Source of the DNA: Phallusia mammillata
Taxonomy: Eukaryota
Reading direction: 5' to 3'
DNA: 64,000 nt
Assembly: GCA_965637545.1 (NCBI GenBank)
Contig: OZ281496.1
Span: 25,172,001-25,236,000 of the forward strand
A program made the position numbers and the translations under genes. Positions 15,001 to 27,000 of this stretch are shown one piece after another. Position 1 is the stretch's first letter; every line of letters starts with the position of its first letter. Under the pieces are notes generated by a model. The model saw only the letters and a list, made by a program, of their open reading frames with translations. It was not told the origin of the DNA and searched no databases.

Positions 15001-18000
15001 GACAAACATTTTAAAAGAAAAAAACAAAAACAATTAAAAATGAATTCGATAATATAAGAACCAAGACTATTTAAGATTGGTGAACATAATAACAATTGAT
15101 GATATAGTAGAAAAAGTGTCAACATTTTAAAGCAGCGATATGCACTGGAGGGAAATTCATTCACAGTCAGACACCTTAGAAGTTAAGAGAAATCTATTTT
15201 TGCATGTTGTTTGAAAAAATACTATATTCTTGGAGCAAATAAACGTGAGGCCATATCCTAAATAATGTTGGTTTGCTAATCGACGTCTACATACATTCTA
15301 CATTCTAGTATATCATAAAGGAGTAAAGACGTTTTTCGCGAGAAATTTATCGAAAAAGGTTTATCTATCAGTGATGGGTGTTACTTATAAAGTATTACTT
15401 ATTATTCAAACTTGTTTTGAGCATCCATGCTCATTGAAAAGAGCATTGAATAAAAGGCTTTTAAGGACATCCACGATTACAGCTCTAAGTCGGGAAAACA
15501 CGTAGCACTCATGCAGTAGTTCACTGCTTTTTGTACCTCCATTAGCCTTCCGCAAGTGTGGTTTAGTTCTCTTCCGAAGGCAACCTTTGCTGCTCTGCAC
15601 TCCATCTGGAGAGCGTACTTGAATTGCTCAGTGGAAAATACAATCGCTCCTTCGACGAAAGTACTTGATATCCCCTCCACCCGCTCCTCCATTTTCTAAA
15701 TATAAGTACAAGCTCCTTTTCGTTTTGTGTCGAATTTGAACGGTGGAGATTTAATGGGTTTTGTCGTTGTTTGTGTGACTTATGAAAAGATTTTGTTTCA
15801 TCTACAAAGCATATTGCGATACTGGGTATACCGGCAAGGCTTATTTAATCATCTAAAAAGGAATTTTGGTGGAAGCAAAGGCCTCCATGGATCAAATTTT
15901 GGCCATTATGTTGTGCACGAAGCAAAAGCATTGTGTAATCTGATATTTTTTGATAATTTAAGCAATCGTGGTACAGTGGATTTAGCAGCAAAAAAAATAA
16001 CCTTCTACCTAACATTTAATTTCAAACCTTTAAAATAGTTACTTCATTTGTAAGTCAATATCGCAGAAAATGTTCAATGTAATTAAAACTTATTCTATTT
16101 TGCTGCAAAATGTAAAAAAATACGAAATTTATTTGCACACCGGAATCGTGGACAACATTGTAGTCATTACTACTCTTTGCCTAATTGCAATCCACATTAT
16201 CCAAAACATGACTTATATACTAGTTTAGGTAAGATATTCAAGAAAATAACTGTCAAAGTCATGATCAATCCCTGGTACGTATAAATATATAGCATGCCGT
16301 TAAATGTCCATCATTGGCAATAAATTCATCACCACAGTTTTATTTGCTATTGATATTTTGTAAATCGACTTCGAATAGGTGACTTGCAGACTTACGTGAA
16401 AATTCCTTATCTGCTCCTGGTACTCAGCCAGACTTGGTCCGTGCTCAACAAACTGGGCAAGTTTTGCTTCAGCATCTTTCGCCCAAATCTCGGAGAAATC
16501 TCCCTCGGCTTCCACACGTGAAACAACTTTTCCACATTCAGACTTTAGAGATCCGATAATCGTGCCGAGTTGAGACGTCATCTTAGCAACCTCCTTGTTA
16601 TCTGCAATTATCTGAAGAAAACCCAGGTGCCATGAGCTGAGGTATTGCAGTGTATGTTTAGACATGTTTGATTGGTTTTAGACAGTGCTTATGGCAAAGT
16701 TATTTTTTCTTTGTTTGCACCTTTCCGAAGGCAAATTTTCCCAGGAAAGCGAAAAGTTCCAAAAACAATGTTTTTCACATAGTTTTCGAAGAAGTGGTAC
16801 CAAAAGCACTTTCTTACATGAAGATAAAACCAGATACACTTTATACATCAATGTATGTTATAAACCCGTTAAGCTTTGTAATAATAACTTACCCTGTATA
16901 TTGGTTTGATGGGAATAGGCGATGCGGTCTCACCAGCATGACCATCGCTCAATCCCAGTTCGGCTTCCCGCTGTGCGATGATGCTTTGCTGCCACTGAGG
17001 AATCCCTTTACATGACTGCACAGTTTCTTGGATAATCTAAAAAAAATACATTGATAAGCTTCACGATAAGACTGGATACCACCGGCATATTTGCTTTTGG
17101 GCCTTTGGCATCTGCAATATTTCTGTAAATTGAGTCGGCTAAACTCAAAGAACAATTGAGCACAAATCACACACAAACATACGTTCTGAATCTAAATCAA
17201 GATTTGTCACATTAATATCTACTTAGTGATTGCATTGTTTTGGGACACGCTACTTCAATTCATGATATGCAAAAAATGCCAGTTAACAATATGCAGAAAC
17301 GGCGTCTAACAACAAAAAGTTTAGAAACACTGGTTGTTGAGGATATAGCAACAAAAATATTGAATGCACATCGGAAATCTCAAGGAAAAGCCTTTCTTTT
17401 GTACACCTCGATAAACAACTATTCTAACCTTGTGCAAGGAATGCTGTATTTCCTCCAAAGTTGGTTTAATCACGATATTCGGCAGTGCGAGTACAATGTC
17501 AGTCTTGAGCATTGGTGGAAGCTGGCTCGTCCCAGTAGCAGGTTTTCCGTAGTCACTTGCCAGGGATTTCACCCTAAGGCGACGACGTATCTTGTCCAAC
17601 GACTCCTTTACACCTGTTTTAAATAAAAATAAAGCATTAAGGGGTGTACTGTTCACGTAGCAAATAGAATTAAGATCAAAAAGTTATTTAAAAGAACAAG
17701 GAGACTCCTTGAACCCGAAAATGTTGCAAAAAGTCAAAACTACAAAACGTTTAAACTGTAAGTATTTTGTTTTAAAACGTAGAAAAACGAACTATTTCCG
17801 CGACTACAGTGTGGAGTGGCTAGCATTTCTAACAGATCCCAAAAATGAGAGATTTTAAACCAGTTGACAAAATTCTGTAAGATTTAATCTTTTGTGTTTA
17901 CATTTGATAAGTGCATCTGTGTTTCTTTGACAAAACTGATTGAGTGTGTTGAAATAAATGCATGAAAGACATTCTTGGCAACGTTGTCCCTTTTGTTTTG

Positions 18001-21000
18001 CCTCATGATGTGTGCAGCAGTAAGGCTCCTGTAAAAAAAAGTTTTGATCAATTTGATATTTTTCTCGATGTGCATTTGAAAGAAATGTACGCAGTGGTGC
18101 TTCAAAAAACGAAACCTCCACTAATTTATTTCATTTCTTAAATACTCTTATCGTAGCGACATAAAGCATTAGTGGAAGTTTATATTAGTTTTCACAAAAT
18201 AACAAATGCATGTCAGAAATATCAACATCCATTTAGCAGTTGTATTAAAAGAAATAAAAAAATACTATCAATATGTTCTGTGATGACCAATTAAACGAAA
18301 AAAACTTCCTTTTAAAAAAAGATCTCTTTTTACCACTAAAGTATCCCGTTCTGCAGGTTTCAGTTTATTTTTCAGCGTCTCAATCAGATCAAATACGTTC
18401 TTCTCCAATACCACAGTCAGTCTGGAAAGGTTGTTCACCCCGTTATGACAAGCAGTCGATGTCACCTCACTAAATCTAAAAACACAAAATATGTATAAAA
18501 ACTGGACATCATTAATTTAGATGTAGATAAATGTTGTTTAGATTTTTCTAGTGATTGGGTAATATAATTGATGAATGTTGTTGTTTTTGCAATTTTTGCC
18601 TGTTAAAATTATTCGGGTTAAGCGCCCAATTCGGTTAATTGCATCCAAAATGATTGACAACTTGGTTATGCGATTAACCTGATTCGTCTGTACAAAATCA
18701 GTAATCGTCCATTCTCCCAAAAGATTGCCTTACAGTGGTTGGTAAAGGAGTTTTGTTACTTACTCAGATATGGTTAACGGTTCTTGAGCAGGCACGAGCA
18801 CAAGGGCAGTGTTGGTAATCTCAGCCAGAACACTTTCAATTCGGCAGTCAAGTGTGTCGTTAATTTGCCTCACGAATAAGTTGAATCCCTCCAATGCTCG
18901 TTCAATGGTGGTAATAACTATCAAAGAGAAACCCAAACGCTGGTTAGCATTTCACTGCAGATAAGGGTTGAAAAAAGTTTGGTGGGGTTTCGTTAAGGGG
19001 GGAAAGTGACGTGTAAAGTTGCCTGTGGGTTGTACCATATTGCAGGCCTGAAGTAAGCACAGCAGAACAGTGCAGTGTTCCCAAAGTATGGGCGCGAAGT
19101 TTAGACCACGGATATAATGCATAACTATTGTAAAGCACCAATGCAGCAATTTGAAACTCGTACAACTTCACAAATGCTTATCCTAAACCCTATGTTTAAA
19201 ACTTAACCTAATAGGAACCTAACGATATCCAAAAACATGTTAGGAAAACATGTTATCCGTAATAGATGTACCAATTGGCAATTATGGGCTTATTTTTAGC
19301 AAATTGGCTTTCAACATTTTCAAAAAACGTTAAACGCTTTGCAAAGGTTTTGTGTTATCCAGCAAACAGCTGTTGGTGTGCAAACTGTCTTACATCTGTC
19401 GATATTGAGCGAACACCAGTTAAGCATCGTCAGGCCAGGTTTGAAAACCTCTTCAATCTGATTGACGTGATTTACAGTGCAAGGTTGGAGGATGTGAGGG
19501 ATCCGAGATTTCAACTCAATCTGGTCCTTGATCAGATCCTTTAGTCTGCAAAGAAAAAGTTTTGTTCAAACCTTAAGTGATAAAGGCGCCAAGGTTTAAC
19601 TAAATGCTTTAAAATACATACTGTAGCACTATACTGGACGTATATTTGTTCCAAACTGTGAATTAAAAAAGCCTAAAAAATACCATACAATATATTACGT
19701 AGCGGAATATTAACTATGGTTTTAGACTTAGGGTTAGAAACACTAATTTTGCGTTTATTCGCGTACGAATTTTAGTTTTTGTTAACGTTTTTGCCCGTGC
19801 AAATAGCGCAAAATCACGCTTTAATGTTCCAAACGTACATTTTTGCTGCTTTAGTCATAGTAAAAGTAATGGCAGCGCGTACCTGGTGGCTTGATACTTC
19901 AGTCTCTGATAATCAATAGCGAGTAGTTTGGCAGCCACATCCGGGACTGTGAGGTTCATGCTTCTCATGTGTCGAGTCTCGCTCAGAAGCTCGTCGACCT
20001 TGGGGTCAAAGTTCACGTAGAGGTCACGCGTTTCAGGGTGACGTACCAAAATCGAAGCGTTCATACCGCGACGGACGCTCTCAACGCCACGACACCATGC
20101 ACGGTGAAACAAGACCTACAAGTATTTAAAAAAATAAAATTTTAACCTAGTGATTCTTAACCTTTATCCTTGTCGGCACCTCTTCAGTTAACAACCAGTT
20201 CTCGCACATCCTGTTGTATGTTTCACCAAGTAACTGCCATAAACCTAATGATTAAGCATTTTTGCATATGTTTTTTGAAAGGGTTACATTGAAATCCGAC
20301 CCGTATTGGTACGGGGCCTTTGCTTCGTAGCTAACTACGCCGTTTGTAGAAAATAAGTGTTTGAAACACTTCATTTTTAAGTTTTGTGCAAGGACCTGGT
20401 TCTTTGATTCGATATTTACCGTACTAGTAACGTTAATCGAGCTACAAGGTGAGAATAAAACAAATCAGAAGCACTATTGCCCGTAAAGCAAAAAAGACAC
20501 GTCAGAGTTTTAAACACCAATGGTCTAAAAGATGTTCAACAAATCCTATCATTTCTGTGCAAAAGAGGCCAACTTTTATGCCGAAATGGCCGTAGGGTCG
20601 CATTAGCCACTCAATATTAAAATAAGGTAAATTTAACCCCTATTTGGGGGAAAAGTTTTGACCCTCATAAATAACCTCATATTCGGTCAGAGCTGCAGCC
20701 ACTTTATTGTAGTTCCGAATGATAGTCTTCGCTTCATTGGTTTTCATCACTGCCTTGTTCCGCACCACTGCTTCCACTGATGCTTGCAAATGACGAAACA
20801 GGTTCCTAGCCCACATTATGCGACCTGTAATCTAATACAAAACAAAGGAATCATCTTTATGAACAAAACTACTTCTTTGTTATTTTTCTTTCCGTACAGA
20901 AAGATGCAAATAAGAGAATAATTAGAAAAACATTTCACTTAATTGTATATTTCACAATAGGTTTTTATTCAAAACCATGCTAAACCGTGTAAAAATTTAC

Positions 21001-24000
21001 TTGATTTAGCAATTTATAACGCTTGACGTTTTTTCAGTAACGTTTTAACGATCCATAACGTATAGGTTTTATGTGCTCTATAACTAACAGTGATATTGTC
21101 CTGCGCTGTGTTATTGCGCGAATAAGGATAATCGTCAGATGTGTTACAATAAAACTCTCAATAGGGAAATACTTGTTAGTATATAATATATATAATATTT
21201 ATTTATAAGCTACCTAGGATTGCTAGGATGTAGACGTCTAGACCAGTGGTCGGCAACCGCCGGTCCGCGGCCCGGTACCGGTCCGCGAGGAGTTCGTTAC
21301 CGGGCCGTATAATTTTTCGGGTTAAATGCTATGAACATTTTGCCCATGTATTTCGGGGATGATAAACTAATTTAAGCGTTTTTATTGCTAAATATTTGTA
21401 GTTTTTTTATGACCGGTCCGCGGTGAAATTTTCATTTCAAAAGCGGTCCGCAGCGCAAAAAAGGTTGCCGACCCCTGGTCTAGGATATATACCCAGTTTC
21501 ACATCAACATTTAAAAGGTTAAACTTAAACTAGTGGATTTAAAGTTACAAAATATACCGGTGGCATATTTCTAGGTATTGGTGGATCCTCTTTCTGTCGT
21601 TCATATAACTTCTTTACACTCTCCACTTCCTTGCCGAATTGGAGCAACGTCTTCATATATTTCTCCCACAGTTCCAGCTCGATGCCTTTAATTTCTCCAA
21701 ACTTTTCCAGAGTGGCAATCGCCTGTTGCGTCTAAAAACACATGCAAAATTCAACAACCATCATGGAGATATTTGAAAGACTTATAATAGCAAAAATCAG
21801 CGAGTGGAATACATATGTGGTCAACAAAATTTGAAATAAAACGTAAAATAAAGTTTTACCTTAAAAGGAGTTTGTACATTGGTCGTATGACTTGTGCTAT
21901 TGGCACAAAATTGGGTTTTCATAAAAGTTACAAAATACTTCACTGCATAAACCTGTTTACAAATGCTTTACTTGATCCAGTATACAACACACTTTAAGCT
22001 ACAATAAGCTGGAAACAGTGTAAGTTTGAAAATATACTTAAAGAAAAGTAAAAATCATGACATTCAGTGTCCAAGTAGGCATGCTACCATCATTACTTCA
22101 TATAATCGGTTTGTGCAATTCACCCAACAACCTTTTGAAAACAGAAAGCACAAAGAAAAACACATAGAAGTGCACTAACCGACACATTTCTTGTGAAGTA
22201 TTGTTCAACAAGTCCTTGTATTCCTTCCCGTATGCTGTCCACCTGGCTGAGAAAATCTTCGAAATCCGAACGAAATTCATGACAGCGATGGTTCAAATGA
22301 TCGTAAGTTTTCTTTTTCACAGTTGCAACTATTGCTTTGTACTTTGCAACATAGCTGTCAATGCCCTGTGATAAAAAATCGTTTAACAATTTAGCTAAGT
22401 GGTTTTGTAACTCTGTTATGGCGACCGCCTAAAACGTAATGACCCTCATTAAGGTGACGTAAATAAGGCATTAACATATTGGTACCAAAACAATTTGCTA
22501 GCTGCAGCTTTTAGATCAATTTTTTTCTGCATAAAGCAACAACTTCTTGTTTGTCACATTGTCGTGAGACTGGAGGGCTAAAATTGTGCATAACACTAAC
22601 AGCACATCAGTAAAGCATTGGAAAACATGTTTGTTTATTAACATTTAAAACTGATTGTCACCTAAAGAGTCTATTCACCGTTCCATATCAGGCCTTCTCA
22701 GCGTTTGAAAGAGACCAAGGTAAAAAGCGGGGAAGTGCCGATAAGAAAAAGCGGGCGGCGTTTTCAGTGACGCAAACGGCGTTTTATGATTTATGCTTAA
22801 CCTGGACGAGCGTTTTTGATGTCAATAGCTGGTAATAATCAAAAAGGCGAATTTATGATTTCTCAAATAATTTCGAACCGACAACACTGTATAGGGCGAA
22901 AGTGGTTAAACTATTACAGACAGACTTTTATACGAAATGTCTGCAGTACCATGTGGGACTGATGTGCCAATAAACAAGTTTGGATTTCCAAAAGACGAAG
23001 TTACAATGGGCGTTTTGCTTGTTATTTTTACCTGAAGTCGAATGTTGGCAAGACAGCTCAGTTGTTCCAATGTCACAGCCATTTGTCGTATTTGCTTTAT
23101 CCGACTACAAAACGTATCGAATCTGTCCAAACAATATAACGGGTAATTTAGTTTCTATCGGTATTGTTTTGATAACTATTTAAGTAATACGAAAACTGGT
23201 AAGCAGAATCTACGGATCTTTTCTTACACCTCGCTTCTGCGCCCCTTTTTATCTATCGTTTTATGCAACGCTTGTTTTGCACTTTTTTATCATTCCTTCA
23301 CGTGACTCATGTGTTTATAAAAGGGTGTAACTGATGTGGCCTTCATATCACTGATGATCGCATGAACATTTAATATAAAGCATGTCGCTTTTTGCGTCTA
23401 TTTGGGCCGTTATTTTCACCATTAAGCAGAATAGTTAGAAATTTCGTATTTAAATGATTGGAATATTTGTCTGAAAATGTTTTGTAATACCTTCCAAATA
23501 TGTAGTTTTCGCTGAATTCGAACTGTGGGTCGTTTGGGTGTTCTTGCAACTTGCGTTTGGTTTTCTGGAAGCTGTTTTGGTATGCTTCGTTCAACTTCAT
23601 ACAATTGTTAATTCTCATGATCAGTTCCGGTCTGAGCAATAACAAAATTGAAATCAAAAATTAGAAGTAGGTTTTCTTGAATGAACTCTTCTCTACAGGT
23701 TTTTCTAAGAGTACAGTTAAACAGTCAAAAATTGTTTTGATCAAATTAATGTAGCCCTAAAACAACATGAAATAAAATAATTTTATTTTTTGATCATTAT
23801 TGTTTAATTACAGGCCTGTTGATCATTGAGTTGGGAAACCAGATTTGGTGTTCAAATAAACAGTGAAAATCGTTGTTTTAGTGATTTTCTGACTTTTACT
23901 TGAAAAAAAGAAAGTCATTACGTCATGTACGTATTAAATGTGCAGAACTTGTGTGTGCATTAAACTGCCACAAGACTAAAGTCCTAAATCCAAATAATTC

Positions 24001-27000
24001 AAATTTCTCCATATTTTAATCACATGCTTTCGGTGGCCCATGCAATAGAGAACATTAACTGCAAGCAGAATAATTCTCGTTATAATGTTAAAACAAAAAA
24101 AATGCAGAGTCCAAGATAGTACAGAAGCTGATTTTACCGTTCAATGTTCCATATCTTGCTCACACCCTGATACATGTAAGCTTTTGATGTCGTTACCATC
24201 TGATTGGTGATCTTTACGAACAGTGACGTCATACGCTCGGAGGTGTTGTAGAATTGCGAGACGCTGTATATCATCTTTACGTTGTTGAGCAAACTGGGAA
24301 TGTGTTCTGGAAGTAATTAAACGTTAAAATAGCCCTAACTTAAACGTGTACTTTGAATCCCGCTCTATTTGTTCAATAGTTTTAGTGACATTAAACTTTA
24401 ACTCAATTTAGTTGGAAAAAAAACTCAATTTAGTTGGTAAAGAGGATTAGTTTTTGGATCTTTACCTATAAGACTCGTCGGTGTACATTTGACAAGGGGC
24501 CCAAAGAATTTGTCCAAAGTGTAGAGATACCTGACATTGTCTTTTGCTTCGTTGGTTGCGTCTGTTATTTGTGCATCCTACACAAATAAAAGATGTCAAA
24601 CGTGCTAGGTATAAAACAACAGGTTAAATATTGTTTTAATTTGTGTCAATTTTTTTACACTTTTGTTTCTTTCAACTTGATTATTAATTACTTTTCGTGT
24701 TAGTATGTAGAACAAATTAAAGAGTAATTGTAATGAAGGTACAACGTAACAGTTACTTGCTATAACAATAAGGGTAATATTTCTAAAATCCGATAGATTT
24801 CTGTTTTTACTGTTTCCAAGTCAAGTCTAACTTGGAGCTTTTTATCCTGGTTTAAACTTTTGTGATTTCGTAAATAGCAGAACATTACCATTTCCTTCCA
24901 TTTCTTGATGCTTTTCGATTTTAGAGCATTGAGAGCCGCAGTAATGGCTCGAACTCTTGGGTTTCGGATTTCACTGAGGAGACAATCAAATCTCGCTGTT
25001 CGCTTCTTCCAATGATCCAGTTCTGCTGCAGGGCCGATGTCGTCCGCTTCACACTGTATTTGCTCACTCACCACCAAAATCTGTGCGTACAGTTTTATAG
25101 AAGTTTAGCTTGTAACAATTGATAGTATTCTAACAAGAAACAGACAAGCTAATCAATTTGTAGAAATCAGGACTTTTTAATGCCTTTTTTGTCATTTTGA
25201 AACGAAGTATAAGACCAAGTTCGTCAGTAAATTAAAAAAAGCAAAAATTTTAGCGTTAATGACAGGCGACGACTTAGACAAAATCGACATACCTAATTTC
25301 GGATTAGATATTGTTTGGTTTCACAAAAAACCTTTCACGGACTTTGTTGGGTCCCAAATTCGGGCTATGAAATCGTGATCTTATACATACGGAGACCATG
25401 TCACATTATGTGCAGAATCGTGATTTTTAAAAGCATGGCAACCATTAATATGTGTGATTGGTGTATTACCTGTTCAATTTCCTTCATCCATAAATCAAGC
25501 TGCTTCTCCAGACCTTCAATCACTTGTGGGTCGGAGCCTTCGATAAAAAATGAACATAAGTATCTTACTCATCTTAGATCTTTGCCCATCAAACTAAACT
25601 AGGTTTTTACAATATAATAGATATATAGAAAAGGTCGGGAACTTTTTTACTTGAGAGAGCAAAAAAGGTATTTTTTTTTTGTTTTTTCGTGACAGAACAA
25701 TATTGGTTCACATCTAATAATGTAAATTAATAAGACAAGATTAACAAATTAAAAGTATCATAGCCTACTTGTCTTATAATTTATTATTTTATAAAAACTG
25801 TACCTAGGGTTGCAAATTGAGCTGGAGGAACTGACGTAATATCAACGTTGACGTCAATATGAGTAAGTTTGATCTGTTGTTCTCTCACACTGGTTCGCGC
25901 GCTTCCCAAACACTCGATAAACTTTTCCATTTCCTCCAAGAATTTGCTTCGATGCTCTTCGAGTCGCTTCCCAGTCAACAAGCCCCAGTTCTGTCAGTAG
26001 GCAAAGGTTATTCGTTTGTTTCATTTTTATTCTATGCGTTTAGGTGAGCGGGCAACGCCCTACTGCGTTATGCCCACAATGAGTCCGCCATAGAGTTGCC
26101 TGTTTAGTTGCGAAATAATATTTACCAAATTTTTCTATGGGACATGAGAATTAGGCTGAGCCGAAATTTTTGAAACAAAATCCAAATTAAGCCCGAAAGT
26201 TACTGAAGTCGAAATGGGGCAAAGTGCAAAGTCGGGGACGAATCAGGCCTATTTTTAAACTTAAACCGACATAAAAAGCTCAACAAATACAATAAGTCGA
26301 TTGTTACAAAAGGATAAAACTGTGGTAAAAAGTTCACAAAATCTTAATTCTATTCGAAATTTTACCAACAAACAAAAAATGCAAAAACACTTACTGTAGT
26401 GGCTTTTAATGCCGGCATAATAATCCTCGACAGATAAAACTCAATCCCGCCAAGTAGGTCTCCATTTTCGACTTCGAAGTTTCCGAAGTAAACGTCCTTA
26501 TGCACATTATCAGGCTTTATTGGCTTTTCACTGAAATGACGGACGAAGAAAAAGCAATGCCCCAGTAAAGGCTGCAAAAGACAAATCGGTAGGGATTAAA
26601 CCAGTCTACACCCTACGTCAGATGCTGTCGCACCCCAAAGACCCCATTGATACAAACGCGGCAAGGGGTGTGGTGTACGCGATCCCATGTCAACAGTGCA
26701 AGGAGATTTACATTGGCGAAACGGGAAGATCTCTGAATACGCGCCGTAAAGAACATGAAAGGGATGTAGCCAAGAAAGATGCTAAAAAATCGGCATTAGC
26801 GCAACATGCTACTGTCCTCGGTCACACCATAAACTTCTCTGCTGCCCAGGTGTTAGCGAGAGAAACCGATTTTCACAAGCGAGGTTTCCTGGAGTCGTGG
26901 AACATACATTCTCACACCAACACGATGAACGTTAAAACGGACGTTCTAATGCCGATAACTTATCGGTCGCTTTTGCACCATTGAGCCAGGTGTTATCACA

